Shown here: positions 1 through 12,091 of the stretch, one piece after another | Layout: each line of letters starts with the position of its first letter | How positions within the stretch are numbered: position 1 is the first letter of the stretch | Assembly (NCBI GenBank): GCA_965226885.1 | Contig: CBDDEL010000013.1 | Location: 32,001 to 96,000, forward strand | DNA: 64,000 bases | Reading direction: 5' to 3' | DNA from: Opitutales bacterium | GTDB lineage: Bacteria; Verrucomicrobiota; Verrucomicrobiia; Opitutales; UBA2987 | Made by a program: the position numbers and the translations under genes | The notes under the pieces: model-generated | Told to the model about the DNA's origin: nothing | Databases searched by the model: none | The model's input: the letters and a program-made list of their open reading frames with translations, nothing else

Positions 1-627
1 CAGGATTCGGGGAGCGGCCAGTGGATTGAGCGCCAGCCTCCGGATTTTTTCCAGGTGGCAGGAACGGTCAGAAATCTTCTCAGACTGGCCGGGGCCGAAG
101 CCGATGCTTTACCCTTTGAAACTATCGAGACCGAGGACTCCTGGCAGGAGGGCCATGCCGCCTCCATATTCGATTACGCCCTGGGGTATCAGGCCAAGGC
201 CGGCATTCTGAACTACTCCATGCTCAAAAAATGGGACATCAAGGGAACGGTTCTGGCCGGAGCGGTTTATTTGCGCCCGGCATTTTTAAGAAATCTCCGC
301 AGCCGCCCGGCCCATCGGCCCATCAGCCAGTATCCGCCCATTACCAAGGACCTTGCCCTCATGGTCGATGAGAGCCTGGCCGCTGAAAAGGTCAAAAATG
401 CCCTCGAATCCGCTGCCAGAGAGGCGGCCGCAGGCGCATTCTTGGTGGAGTCCATCAGCGTATTCGATGTTTATCGGGGCAAAGAATTGCCCGAGGGAAA
501 GAAGAGCCTCGCCTTTAATCTGGTTTTCCGCTCCCTCCAACGCACCCTCACCGATGAAGAAGTCAATCGCGCCTTTGACGCCATTCAAAAATCCATAGTG
601 GCTGGCGGCTATTCCATTCGCCAGTAA
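1..627 (+). CDS. pheT: Phenylalanine--tRNA ligase beta subunit, C-terminal part (5' end outside window)
   Basis: Frame is open from base 1. C-terminal FDX-ACB-like motifs: 'SQYPPITKDLAL', 'FDVYRG..LPEGKKSLAF.L.FRS..RTLTDEEV'. Confidence 0.93.
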   Translation, partial: QDSGSGQWIERQPPDFFQVAGTVRNLLRLAGAEADALPFETIETEDSWQEGHAASIFDYALGYQAKAGILNYSMLKKWDIKGTVLAGAVYLRPAFLRNLRSRPAHRPISQYPPITKDLALMVDESLAAEKVKNALESAAREAAAGAFLVESISVFDVYRGKELPEGKKSLAFNLVFRSLQRTLTDEEVNRAFDAIQKSIVAGGYSIRQ

Positions 628-656
628 TTGTTGGACGATTTCGTGGATTAATAAAA

Positions 657-953
657 ATGCCCAAGGAACCAACCATTGACATCGATTATGTTGCCACGCT
701 GGCCCGCATCGAATTGAGCGAGGAGGAAAAGAGCCGCTTTTCCGCCCAGCTGGCTGATATCCTCACCTATTTTGAAAGGCTCAAAGCAGTCGATGTTTCG
801 GGGATCGAGCCCTCCGCCCACGCCTTTCCGGTTTACAATGTCTGGCAAGAGGATGTCGTGGAAACCGGTTTTACCCAAGAGCAAGCCCTGCTCAACGCCC
901 CCGCCCGGCGCGATGGCCAAATCGTTGTCCCCAAGGTGGTCGAAGACGCTTGA
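657..953 (+). CDS. gatC: Asp/Glu-tRNA amidotransferase subunit C
   Basis: 98 aa with 'YVATLARIELSEEE', 'ALLNAP' and 'VPKVV'; lies directly upstream of gatA. Confidence 0.95.
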   Translation: MPKEPTIDIDYVATLARIELSEEEKSRFSAQLADILTYFERLKAVDVSGIEPSAHAFPVYNVWQEDVVETGFTQEQALLNAPARRDGQIVVPKVVEDA

Positions 954-962
954 TGATGGCCG

Positions 963-2426
963 ATGTGCGAACTTTTTTACAAAAGCCTGGCTGAACTGAG
1001 CCGTTTGCTTGAAACGGGAAAAATCAGCGCGCGGGAATTGACCGAGGCCGTCATCGGCCGAACGCAACAGGTCGAGGAAAAAATCCACGCTTTTCTCAAG
1101 TTCGATCCCGAAAAATCACTGGCCGAAGCGGTCGAGAGCGATGATCGACGCTCCGCCGGGAATTCCCGTGGCCCCCTCGACGGCATCCCCGTCAGCCTCA
1201 AGGATTTGATATGTGAGTCGGGCCAAAGCCTCACCTGCGGCAGCAAGATTCTGGAAAATTACATTTCTCCCTACGACGCCACCTGCGTGGCCAAACTGAA
1301 GAAAAATGGCGCCATCCTCTGGGGGCGTATGAATATGGATGAGTTCGCCATGGGGTCTTCAACAGAGAATTCGGCTTATCAAACCACCTGCAATCCCTGG
1401 GATGCCGCCCGCATACCGGGAGGCAGCAGCGGGGGCAGCGCCGCCGCTGTCGCCGCCGGGGAAACCATCGCCGCTCTGGGCAGCGACACCGGGGGGTCGA
1501 TCCGCCAGCCAGCCTCGCTCTGTGGAGTTGTCGGGCTGAAACCCTCTTACGGCATCGTTTCACGATATGGATTGGCCGCCTTCGCCTCTTCCCTCGACCA
1601 GATTGGCCCTATCACCCGGACGGTGGAGGACAGCGCCATCCTCTTGCAAGCAATCGCCGGTTACGATGCCCTCGATTCCACCTCCTGCCAGGCCGAAGTT
1701 CCCAACTACGCCACGGCCCTGAATTCTCCTTCCAGACACTGGAAACTGGGTCTGCCGCGAGAATATTTCGGCGAGGGTCTGGATCCCGAGATACGATCGG
1801 CGGTGCAGAAAGTGATCGATTTTTACAAAAGCGAAGGTTGCCAAATCGTGGAAGTTTCCCTGCCCCATACCGATCTGGCGGTGCCTGTTTATTACATCCT
1901 CGCGCCCGCCGAAGCCTCCTCCAATCTGGCTCGTTACGATGGTGTGCGCTACTCTCACCGCAGCAAACAATCGGACGATCATGTGGACCTCTATTTTAAA
2001 TCACGAGGGGAAGGTTTCGGCCCGGAGGTGAAACGCCGCATCATCCTGGGCACTTATGTGCTGAGCAGCGGATATTACGATGCCTATTACCTGCGGGCGC
2101 AAAAAATCCGCACCCTCATTCGGAACGATTTTCTGGAAGCTTTTCAAAGCGTCGATGCCCTCATTGCCCCGGTTTCTCCCACCGCAGCCTTTGAAATCGG
2201 TGATAAATCGGACGACCCGCTTTCCATGTATTTGAGCGATATTTACACCCTCTCGGTCAACCTGGCGGGCTTGCCCGGAATTTCCATTCCTTGCGGATTC
2301 AATTCCGAAAATTTGCCCGTAGGGGCGCAGTTGATCGGCCAACCCTACCGGGAGGCGGAATTGCTATCCATCGCCCATCTCTACGATTCCAGCCATCGCT
2401 ATGGCATGCAGCAACCCGTTATTTGA
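963..2426 (+). CDS. gatA: Asp/Glu-tRNA amidotransferase subunit A
   Basis: Amidase signature [11 protein letters not shown] and [12 protein letters not shown]; also SSNLARYDG and [10 protein letters not shown]. Confidence 0.97.
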   Translation: MCELFYKSLAELSRLLETGKISARELTEAVIGRTQQVEEKIHAFLKFDPEKSLAEAVESDDRRSAGNSRGPLDGIPVSLKDLICESGQSLTCGSKILENYISPYDATCVAKLKKNGAILWGRMNMDEFAMGSSTENSAYQTTCNPWDAARIPGGSSGGSAAAVAAGETIAALGSDTGGSIRQPASLCGVVGLKPSYGIVSRYGLAAFASSLDQIGPITRTVEDSAILLQAIAGYDALDSTSCQAEVPNYATALNSPSRHWKLGLPREYFGEGLDPEIRSAVQKVIDFYKSEGCQIVEVSLPHTDLAVPVYYILAPAEASSNLARYDGVRYSHRSKQSDDHVDLYFKSRGEGFGPEVKRRIILGTYVLSSGYYDAYYLRAQKIRTLIRNDFLEAFQSVDALIAPVSPTAAFEIGDKSDDPLSMYLSDIYTLSVNLAGLPGISIPCGFNSENLPVGAQLIGQPYREAELLSIAHLYDSSHRYGMQQPVI

Positions 2427-2437
2427 CTTTAAATAAA

Positions 2438-3907
2438 ATGGAATACCAGGCGGTCATTGGGCTCGAAGTCCACGTGCAGTTGAAAACGAACTCTAAAATG
2501 TTCACGCGCGCGGCCTCTAAATTTGGGGAACCACCCAATACCCTGACCAATCCCGTTGTCATGGGTTTGCCCGGCACCCTGCCCGTGATGAACCAGGCGG
2601 CCATCGAACTGAGCATCAGGACCGGACTCCTCTTCGGCTGTGAAATCGCAGCCATCTGCAAATGGGACCGCAAAAATTATTTTTACCCGGATCAGCCCAA
2701 AAACTACCAGATTTCCCAATACGACCAGCCCTTATGTCTGGGAGGAGCGGTCGAAATCGAGCTGCCCGCCGCCACCCGTAATGTCATGGGCGAGCATCGC
2801 AAGGTGCGCCTGACCCGCATTCACCTGGAGGAGGATGTGGGCAAGCTGACTCATTTTGAAAATGACAGCCTGGTCGATTTCAACCGGGCCGGAACGCCCC
2901 TCCTCGAAATCGTGACCGAGCCCGATCTTTTTTCCACCGACGAGGTGGCGGCATTCCTCAACGCCATCCGCCTCAACATGGTTTATGCCGGCCTCTCCGA
3001 TTGCGACATGGAAAAAGGGCAGATGCGCTGCGATGCCAATGTCAGTGTGCAGCCGGCGGCAAGCGATACCTTGGGCATCCGCACCGAGATGAAGAACCTC
3101 AACAGCATCGCCGGGACCCGCGATTCGGTCGCCTATGAAATCCGGCGGCAAATCCGGGTGCTCGAAAAAGGCGGGCAGGTTGTCCAGGAAACGCGACGCT
3201 GGAATGCCGAGCAGGGCTACACGACGCCGCTCCGCTCCAAGGAGGAAGCCCATGACTACCGCTACTTTCCCGATCCCGACCTGATGCCGGTCAAGATTTC
3301 CCCTGATATGCTGAATCGTCTCCGGAAGGAGGTTCCGGAACGCCCTTACGACCGCCAACGACGGTTTTTGCAGGATTACGATTTGCCCTATTCGACCGCC
3401 TCCGTTTTGTGCCAGGACAGGGCCTTGGGTGATTTTTTCGAGGAGGCCGTAAAGGTTCACAACAAACCTGCGGAGATCGGGAACCTGGTCGCCAATGATT
3501 TATTGCGGGAGCTTTCCTTGGCAAGGGCACGGGCCGGTGGCCAGGGGATTCGTAAAATTTCAGAGTTGCTCATCGGGCCCGCCCAAATAGCCGAATTGGT
3601 GAAATTGGTGGACGATGGCGTCATCTCGAAGCAAATCGCGCAGGACCTGATTCCGGAAATGTTTCTGAGTGGTCGCAGCCCATTGCCGATTGTCGAGGAA
3701 AAGGGATTACAGCAATCCACCGACAGGGCGGAAATCGAAGGCATTTGCGCGAAAATTATTTCCGAGAATCCCAAACCGGCGGAGCAATTCAAGGCCGGAA
3801 ACGAAAAAGCCATCAACGCGCTCAAAGGGGGCGTCATGAAAGCGACCCGGGGCAAGGCCAACCCAGCCCTGGTGGACCAGATTTTGCGCGAGCTGCTGGC
3901 TTTATAA
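2438..3907 (+). CDS. gatB: Asp/Glu-tRNA amidotransferase subunit B
   Basis: Starts MEYQAVIGLEVHVQL (ATG at 2438); contains RKNYFYPD, HLEEDVGK and DYRYFPDPDL. Confidence 0.97.
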   Translation: MEYQAVIGLEVHVQLKTNSKMFTRAASKFGEPPNTLTNPVVMGLPGTLPVMNQAAIELSIRTGLLFGCEIAAICKWDRKNYFYPDQPKNYQISQYDQPLCLGGAVEIELPAATRNVMGEHRKVRLTRIHLEEDVGKLTHFENDSLVDFNRAGTPLLEIVTEPDLFSTDEVAAFLNAIRLNMVYAGLSDCDMEKGQMRCDANVSVQPAASDTLGIRTEMKNLNSIAGTRDSVAYEIRRQIRVLEKGGQVVQETRRWNAEQGYTTPLRSKEEAHDYRYFPDPDLMPVKISPDMLNRLRKEVPERPYDRQRRFLQDYDLPYSTASVLCQDRALGDFFEEAVKVHNKPAEIGNLVANDLLRELSLARARAGGQGIRKISELLIGPAQIAELVKLVDDGVISKQIAQDLIPEMFLSGRSPLPIVEEKGLQQSTDRAEIEGICAKIISENPKPAEQFKAGNEKAINALKGGVMKATRGKANPALVDQILRELLAL

Positions 3908-4033
3908 AGGTTTCAGATTTCAGGACTCGACACTTCTGACTTCTTCCCGATATATCGCTTTAAAGAATTTGACTGCCGGGGGAAAGCAATTTGACACTAC
4001 ACGAGACGACTGAACTATGGGAGAGAAAGAGCA

Positions 4034-4504
4034 ATGAGTGGCAAGGATTTTTCAGAGGTGGTTAAGCTGATTATTAAGGATGACCCGCGTTATCCTAAGC
4101 CTGCCTACTATTTTGTCAGAAAAGCTCTCGATCACACTCTGAAAGGTCTGGAAAAGAAACCGGCCAGGGAGAAGGGCCATCATGTTTCCGGAAAGGAACT
4201 GCTGGAAGGCATCCGCGATTACGCTTTAGATCAATTCGGGCCCATGTCTTATACCCTTTTTGAAAACTGGCAATTGAGTCAAACTTCGGATTTCGGCGCA
4301 ATCGTATTCAATCTTGTCGAATACGGCATTTTCGGGAAAACGGAACACGACGACATCGAGGATTTTAAAGGAGTGTATGACTTCGATGAAGCTTTCCTCA
4401 AACCCTTTATGCCCAAGGGCAATCTGGAAGCCGGGCCGGCATCCGGTTCCAATGGTGGCAAAACTGAAAAACTGCCAGAAGACGCTCCCGAGGGGAATAA
4501 CTGA
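4034..4504 (+). CDS. Minf_1886-like conserved PVC protein
   Basis: 'DPRY...AY.FV..AL', 'HVSG.ELLEG.R.YAL.QFGPM', 'DFG.IVFNLV' and 'EDF..VYDF' resemble this Planctomycetes/Verrucomicrobia family (recognised, not searched). Confidence 0.8.
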   Translation: MSGKDFSEVVKLIIKDDPRYPKPAYYFVRKALDHTLKGLEKKPAREKGHHVSGKELLEGIRDYALDQFGPMSYTLFENWQLSQTSDFGAIVFNLVEYGIFGKTEHDDIEDFKGVYDFDEAFLKPFMPKGNLEAGPASGSNGGKTEKLPEDAPEGNN

Positions 4505-4558
4505 AAGGCCTGTGGCCAGTTTCCAGCCGGAGTTTGGAGTGCTTGAATATTTTACGGT

Positions 4559-7123
4559 ATGGAAAAGGTTTCTGAAAACGACGGGCGGCTCCCGGCTGTC
4601 CTTGAGCAATTGCTGGCCGAACGGATTGACCGCCGGACGCTTGCCAACGGCCTCACGGTTATTCTCAAAGAAGATGCCTCCAACCGGCTTTCCTCGGTGC
4701 AGCTCTGGGTCAAGACGGGGAGCCTGCACGAAGGGTCCATGCTTGGTTCCGGGGTCTCCCACTTTTTGGAGCACATGCTCTTTAAGGGCACCGATAAACG
4801 CCCTGGCAACGAAATAAGCCGCCAGGTGCAGGCCGCCGGCGGCGGCATCAACGCCTACACCACTTTCGATCGTACCGTATATTTCATCAACGGATTGAGC
4901 GAGCAAACTGCTCTGGCGGTGGAGCTCCTCGCCGATGCCGCCTTCAATTCACTGCTTCCGGAAGAGGAGGCGGTCAAAGAGCAGGATGTTATCCTGCGCG
5001 AAATCGATATGGGTCTGGACGATCCCGATCATCAGGTTTCACGAGCTTTGTTTGAAACCGCCTTTAGGGAGCATCCCTATCGTTTGCCGGTTATCGGCCA
5101 TCGGGAATTGTTTGAAAATCTTTCCCACTCCCAACTCCTTTCATACTATCGGGACCGCTATGTGCCCGAAAACATGACCCTTGTGGTGGTCGGAGATATC
5201 GAAAGCTCCTCCTTGCTCGATGTGATTGAAAAACACTTCGGGGCCGTTCAACGCGGCGGGGGCTCCCAGCCCTATGTGCAACCCGAGCCGAAGCAATTGG
5301 CCATGCGCGAGGATCATCTTTTTGGCGACGTGCAGATTTGCCGGGCGGGTCTCGGTTTTAAGATACCCGGCCTGGAGCATCCCGATGCCCCCGGCCTCGA
5401 TCTGCTGGCCTCGGTTCTCGGGGTGGGGCACAGCTCAATCCTTTGGCAGAACCTGCGGGATGAGAAAAAACTGGTCCATCATATCGACGCCTCATGCTGG
5501 AATCCCGGCTACGGCGGCCTTTTTTGGATCTCCTATACCTGCGACGAGGGCAAACGCGCTGCGGCTCAGGAGGCCATCCTCGAGGAAATTCAAAAATTAA
5601 TCCGCGACAGGGTGGACGAAAAGCGATTGCAAAAAGCGATCCGCCAAACGTTGATCGGCGAAATAAACGCCCGCAAAACCATGAGCGACCAGGCGTCCCG
5701 TCTCGGTCTGGCGGAAGTTGTGGTGGGAGATCTGGCCTACCCCCGCCAATACTATAGAAAGCTTTACAAAGTCGGTTTGGCGGATTTGCCAAACCTGGCC
5801 CGCGATTATCTCAAGTCCGAAGGTTTAACCGCTGTATCCTTAAATCCAATGCCTGCCAAACGGCCAACGCAATCGGAGACCAAAGCTTCTCCCGGCATTC
5901 CCGATTTTGAAATGCAGACATTGCCAAACGGAGCCCGTCTTCTTGTCCAGAGGGACGCTAGGCATCCCAAAATCAATCTGCGCATGGTGGCCTTGGGCGG
6001 TCCACTTTACGAATCGGATCATTTGCGGGGGATTACCGGGCTTTTGGCCACTCTTTTGGCCCGCGATACTGAAACCAGAAGCGCTTCCCAAGTGGCCGAA
6101 TTAATTGAAAGTATCGGTGGAAACTTTAGTGAGTTTGCCGGTAATAATTCCTTCGGGTTTTACCTCGAAACCATGTCTGACGATGGGGAAATCCTCCTCG
6201 ATCTGTTTGCCCAGGCTCTGCTCGCGCCGCAATTCAACCGGGAAACTTTTGAACGCGAAAAAGAGGGCCAGATTGCCTCCGTCAAAGAGTCTTTGGACGA
6301 CATCGTTAGTTTCGGGAAATACAAATTGAGAAAACGTTTTTTTGGAGAACATCCTTTCAGCATCGATGCATTCGGCACGGTTGAAACGCTCAATGCAATT
6401 AAGATGCCTCATGTCGAAGAATTGCGCAGCCGCCTCCTCTTGGGTTCCAATGTCGTTGTCAGTGTAGCTGGTGATTTTCAGACTGATCAGTTGCTGCCTC
6501 CTTTAATCGAGACGCTGAAAAAGCTCCCCTCCGAACCTTTCTCGCAAACCAGCTTGCAATTACCCTGGCCCGCAACCGCAGGTTGTTTCGAGGAGAATTT
6601 ACCGCGAAAGCAGGCGGTTGTCTTTCAAGCCTATCCCGATTGCGGAGTGACCGGGCGGGATTATTTTGTGGGTGAATTATTAACCGAGATTTTCAACGAT
6701 ATGTCGGGTCGTTTGTTCACCCGCGTGCGCGAAGAGCGCAGCCTAGCATATTTCGTCGGCACCAACCGTTTGGCTGGAATCGATATGGGCATGTTTTATC
6801 TTTGCGCCGGAACCCAGCCCGATCTTTATGGGGAATTGTATGCCGAATTCGAGGCCGAGGTTTCCAGGGTGACCGCCGGTAAGGTGACCGAGGATGAATT
6901 GAACCGCTGCCAGACTCGCCTTAAAGCGGCCAAACGCCTGGGACTGCAAACCATCGGTGCCAGAGCCATGCATTCGGCTTTGAATGCGCTTTACGGACTT
7001 CCCTTTAACGATTGGAAATACTACGATGTGCGCATCGACGGCCTGACAATCGAGGACTTGAAAAACTTTTCCGGTAAATGGCTAACCGAAGATAAAAAAG
7101 TTTGTCTAACCGTAAAGCCCTGA
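4559..7123 (+). CDS. M16 (pitrilysin-family) zinc protease with both halves fused
   Basis: Inverted zinc motif HFLEHMLFKGT and INAYT; second half has 'RLFTRVREERSLAY'. 854 aa. Confidence 0.92.
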   Translation: MEKVSENDGRLPAVLEQLLAERIDRRTLANGLTVILKEDASNRLSSVQLWVKTGSLHEGSMLGSGVSHFLEHMLFKGTDKRPGNEISRQVQAAGGGINAYTTFDRTVYFINGLSEQTALAVELLADAAFNSLLPEEEAVKEQDVILREIDMGLDDPDHQVSRALFETAFREHPYRLPVIGHRELFENLSHSQLLSYYRDRYVPENMTLVVVGDIESSSLLDVIEKHFGAVQRGGGSQPYVQPEPKQLAMREDHLFGDVQICRAGLGFKIPGLEHPDAPGLDLLASVLGVGHSSILWQNLRDEKKLVHHIDASCWNPGYGGLFWISYTCDEGKRAAAQEAILEEIQKLIRDRVDEKRLQKAIRQTLIGEINARKTMSDQASRLGLAEVVVGDLAYPRQYYRKLYKVGLADLPNLARDYLKSEGLTAVSLNPMPAKRPTQSETKASPGIPDFEMQTLPNGARLLVQRDARHPKINLRMVALGGPLYESDHLRGITGLLATLLARDTETRSASQVAELIESIGGNFSEFAGNNSFGFYLETMSDDGEILLDLFAQALLAPQFNRETFEREKEGQIASVKESLDDIVSFGKYKLRKRFFGEHPFSIDAFGTVETLNAIKMPHVEELRSRLLLGSNVVVSVAGDFQTDQLLPPLIETLKKLPSEPFSQTSLQLPWPATAGCFEENLPRKQAVVFQAYPDCGVTGRDYFVGELLTEIFNDMSGRLFTRVREERSLAYFVGTNRLAGIDMGMFYLCAGTQPDLYGELYAEFEAEVSRVTAGKVTEDELNRCQTRLKAAKRLGLQTIGARAMHSALNALYGLPFNDWKYYDVRIDGLTIEDLKNFSGKWLTEDKKVCLTVKP

Positions 7124-8300
7124 ATAAAGAATTGGGTTCCAATTTGCAATTGCCGTTGCAGTCGAGGCTTCCGGCTGTTTAAAAATTCCCTGTGTGCCGG
7201 CATATTTTTACTCTTGGTAGATTGATTGCGTTTGATCGGAAGCGGGGAAAAGAAGGATTTGCCTTGATTCTCGCCCTCGGGCTGACCGCCTTTGTCTTGC
7301 TTCTTTTATTGGCCATGACAACCTTGAGTCGTTTGCAGACCGGGATAAACATGGCTCGTTCGCATCGCCTGCCAGCGCGTCAGAACGCTTTGCTTGGTTT
7401 GCGGATTGCCTTGGGTGAATTGCAAGAACTGGCCGGACCGGACCGGCGTGTGACGGCAAGGGCGGATATTCAGGACGAAAGCCTGGAAAATCCTTATTGG
7501 ACAGGCGTTTGGTCAACGGAAGGAGATAACGATGAATCGGTTTGGTTTGTTTCGGGCGGCGACCCGGATCCCGCAGTTTCGTTTATTGGCATTCAATTAG
7601 CAAAAAAAACGGACGGTAACCAGGGAGCTTCAGCAGCTCTCGTTCCGATTCAAACGGGTAGTTCGCCGGACGGCTCTTCCTTTCCAACTGAAAACCGGCA
7701 AGGAAATTATGCATATTGGGTGAGTGACGAAGGTGTCAAAGCGAGTTTGGCCAAAACAGACCGTGTCGATGAATTAAGCGCGATACGCTACAACGATCTA
7801 TTTCGTAAACGTTTGCGACAGTTGAGCCCTGTCCGCCATCGGGCCGAAGTGTTTTTTCCCAAACTGGAGAATGAGGACCGTGAAGTAATTCGGGAAGGCC
7901 TGCTCAAGACAGCTACCTTTGGTCAAATCGCAAACCTACCCGGCTTTCCCGACGATGAATTGGAGGAGATTTTCTTTGATGCCACTCATCTTTCCTATGG
8001 AGTCCTCAGCAACACAGCCGATGGCGGTCTGAAAAGAGATTTGAGCGCCGCCGATATCCAGGATTCCGGTTACCCTTTTTTGGATTCTCTGCAAAGAGCT
8101 ACCAGACGGCGCATTAACGAGGAAGGATTTGTTGAATATCCCGGCGATGGACAGCCTGCCGATCTCAATTCAGGAGATTTTCTTAACGCGCCCTCACCCT
8201 TGACGACTGAGTTCGCCCTCTTTGTCGGTATCTTCAAAAACAGTCTCGATAGCGACCTTTTTCGGCTCGAATTGGGCTACTGGTCGGAGTTGTGGAATCC

Positions 8301-9102
8301 GGTAGTGTATTAAGTAGGAATGGTGGCTAATTCTTGATTATATTGATGAATGAAAAGTCTCAGACAGGTTTCATGCATACTCTTAAGCTTGGAAAAGGAG
8401 AGGGTTTTGCGTGTGAAACGACCCAGTCGTTGGCGCAGGGTATTGTTCCATCGTTCCACATGGGCCGTTTCACCGGTTTCTTTTCCCACGGATCGGTTAT
8501 GAGGAAAGACTTCATCATAAGTGCTCCAAAAGTCGCTGTAGGTGGCACATCTTTTGTAGGCCCGTGGCAGACGCTCGTAAAGTTCCCGGCAACGATACCA
8601 ATCCCGAGGCCCAATGGCATAGGAGAGGATTTGACGGGTGCGTCGGCAAAGAGCGATCCAAACCCATTGGGCATCGCTCTTGCGCCCCACAAAAGACCAC
8701 AGTTCGTCCAGTTCAATGACATCATGGCGGCGGGCCGCAAGAATCGTGCTTTTGAGCGGTCGCAGCGATTGTCGTTTTTTTTAACCAACTCAAAACGGTG
8801 TTGGGACTCACCCCGAAGGCGCGCTGTAAACCGCGTAGACTGCTGCGTTCCTGATAGACTCGAAGGATCATTTCTTTTTGCTCTTCGGTGTATTTCACTG
8901 TGGGGTTTTCGCGGCTTTGTTTACCACAATCATGGCAGCGGTAGCGCTGTTTATGGTTGGGCGTCTTGCCAAATTTAATGATATTTTCACTTCCACAGTG
9001 CCGACAATTAATAATTTTAGTAACCATGCACTAAGAATAAACTGCCTAACGCTATTTGTACAGCTAAAAATACAAAATAACATTCTTTTTTTATACACTA
9101 CC
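8301..9102 (-). mobile_element. IS1-family element type A, copy 1 (802 bp)
   Basis: Ends GGTAGTGTAT/ATACACTACC; 8-bp TSD TGGAATCC (8293-8300, 9103-9110). InsA 9027-8722 (CxxC zinc finger and HTH) and InsB (ELDELWSFVG) are joined by an A8C slippery run. Confidence 0.96.
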
Positions 9103-10468
9103 TGGAATCCTTATTCTTTCCCAATGGCCTTCGATCCGGATACTGAAAATGATCTCGTAATCAAGATTAGCGGTCTACCGGTCATTCAGGTCGATTGGGA
9201 GGCCAATCGCGGCCAGAACAATAACCGCATTGGCTCATTCTCCCTTGATTTGGATGATTTTCAAGACGAGTTAACCATTAATTTTGGAATACCGTTAGCT
9301 GAAGGCGAGGTTAAAACCCGCATTGCCAGAATCAGCCATGTGCTCGAGCCATCGTTGCCTCCCGGCACGGTCAATAACCCAGCCAAAAACATTGTTTCCA
9401 TCTCCGCGCCGTCCAGCATTCTAACGGTTCAGTTTTTTAATGCTTCCGGGCAATTGTTGAGAGAGGTTCGGAACATTCGTTTTGAATCTTTTAATACGTC
9501 CGAATACGGTCTCAGCCGGAACGCGACTCCGTCCAGGACAAATCCGAAACACTTTCAATTCGCATTTCATTACAAACTATTGGACGATTCGTTTTCTCTC
9601 GCCGAGGAGCAAAAATCGGATATGGAAAAATGGCTTTCTGAAGTCGATTTTCGCTCCGTTCATCTGGACCCTGGAGATAATCTTCTGCATGCCTCCCTTT
9701 TTTGGCTAACGATCGATCCTTCTGCGCTCCATTTTGAGGTATTCTTCGATGATACTGATCTGCTGGACGATGGAGCCGGAAATTATTTCAGGATATTTGA
9801 TTTTCCCGCCGTGGACCCGGTTTCGATTGGTTCGCTGCAACACTTGCAGGTAGTAGATGACCGCCCATTCAGCATCGGGAATCCTTGGGGCGGTTTCCGC
9901 AACTCTGTCTTTGATCGTTATTTCTTTTCCACCGCCCCGCCGGGGGATGCCACCTGGAATCCATTGGAACGTCTTCCAAATACTTTTCTGAACGTGCATC
10001 AAAATTATTCAAAATCTGTGCCGGAAGCGGAATTTCAAAGTCAATTTTCCTCCCGCAATTTTTTAGTGGAAGGGGCCTTCAATGTTAATTCCACTTCCGT
10101 TAATGCATGGAAATCGATTCTCTCCGGGCTTCAACTCTACGACTGGACCTATCGATTTGATGATTTTACTTTTACCGAACCGCTTCTGCCAATCACGAGG
10201 CCAAGGGTGAAAAACGGTTTGTTTCGACTGCCTCATGGCGCCGATCGGCAGTTTTCGCATCCATTTGAAATATATCCTCAATATCCAGAAGTAACGCCTG
10301 AAGAGAAAAAGGATTGGTATAAGCGTCCCCAGCAAGATTGGAAAAATGCCTATCGCTCCGGCATGCGCGAATTAAAAGACCGCGAAGTCCATGAATTGGC
10401 ATTAGAAATAGTTTGCCTTTTGCGGGAAAGAGGAAAGCCGTTTAACTCAATGGAACAGTTCGTTAATT

Positions 10469-11264
10469 GGTAGTGTTAACATGACGAATGTTTGATATTG
10501 CTGTTGTATTCCCAGATGAACAAGCACAGGACGCGAAAATGCATGACCAAAGACTTCGAGAATGACAGCGTTTTACGCACATAGCGTGACAGGGACTGTC
10601 GCAAGGTATTGTTCCAGCGTTCGATATGGGCGGTTTGGCCGGATTGTTTCCCGCTGGCGCTGTTGTGAGGGAAAACCTTGTCGTAGCTTTCCCAGTAATC
10701 GCTTACGGTGGCACAGTCGCGATAGGGCTGGGCGATGTTGTGATACAACTGCCAGCACGTTTGATCGCTACGATCACCCAGAGAAAACCCGACGACCTGT
10801 CGGGTACGTCGACACAAGGCTACCCATAGCCATACCTGCCCCGAACGCTTATCGCCCCAGAATGACCACACCTCGTCCAGTTCCAGCACATCACTACACT
10901 GGCGGGCAAGCAGAGTGGACTCCAGCTTCGGCAAACTCAGGACTTTTTTTTAATCCATTCGATGACCGTCTTTGGGGCTACCCCGAAGGTACGGTAAATG
11001 GCACGCAGGCTCATCCGGTTTTGGTGCGCACGGAGCACCTGCTTGACCAGCGCCGGAGGATGCTCACGACTTTTGGGGTGAAGCCGAAACTGATAACCAC
11101 ACCCCTTGCATCGATACTTCTGAACCCCTTTCGGATCCTTGCCGTGCTTGATGATGTGATCGCTTCCGCATTGAGGACATTTTACTGTGATATGGACCAT
11201 TCCCAGTTCACAACATAATCACGCTAAAAAGTACAGCTTAAACATTCAAAATGTTAACACTACC
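10469..11264 (-). mobile_element. IS1-family element type B (796 bp)
   Basis: 14-bp perfect IR GGTAGTGTTAACAT; 8-bp TSD CGTTAATT; insA 11200-10937, insB 10934-10476, A8G frameshift run. Confidence 0.95.
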
Positions 11265-11289
11265 CGTTAATTCGGCCATATTGCAAAGG

Positions 11290-12091
11290 GGTAGTGTATT
11301 AAGTAGGAATGGTGGCTAATTCTTGATTATATTGATGAATGAAAAGTCTCAGACAGGTTTCATGCATACTCCTAAGCTTGGAAAAGGAGAGGGTTTTGCG
11401 TGTGAAACGACCCAGTCGTTGGCGCAGGGTATTGTTCCATCGTTCCACATGGGCCGTTTCACCGGTTTCTTTTCCCACGGATCGGTTATGAGGAAAGACT
11501 TCATCATAAGTGCTCCAAAAGTCGCTGTAGGTGGCACATCTTTTGTAGGCCCGTGGCAGACGCTCGTAAAGTTCCCGGCAACGATACCAATCCCGAGGCC
11601 CAATGGCATAGGAGAGGATTTGACGGGTGCGTCGGCAAAGAGCGATCCAAACCCATTGGGCATCGCTCTTGCGCCCCACAAAAGACCACAGTTCGTCCAG
11701 TTCAATGACATCATGGCGGCGGGCCGCAAGAATCGTGCTTTTGAGCGGTCGCAGCGATTGTCGTTTTTTTTAACCAACTCAAAACGGTGTTGGGACTCAC
11801 CCCGAAGGCGCGCTGTAAACCGCGTAGACTGCTGCGTTCCTGATAGACTCGAAGGATCATTTCTTTTTGCTCTTCGGTGTATTTCACTGTGGGGTTTTCG
11901 CGGCTTTGTTTACCACAATCATGGCAGCGGTAGCGCTGTTTATGGTTGGGCGTCTTGCCAAATTTAATGATATTTTCACTTCCACAGTGCCGACAATTAA
12001 TAATTTTAGTAACCATGCACTAAGAATAAACTGCCTAACGCTATTTGTACAGCTAAAAATACAAAATAACATTCTTTTTTTATACACTACC
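11290..12091 (-). mobile_element. IS1-family element type A, copy 2
   Basis: 802 bp, near-identical to copy 1; TSD TGCAAAGG (11282-11289, 12092-12099). Confidence 0.96.

Noticed and set aside
8878..10473. ORFs 8878-10473, 27342-28274 and 60742-61686 sharing a hydrophobic segment
   Set aside because: The shared part is read-through of IS1 sequence into the interrupted host genes, not a shared domain.
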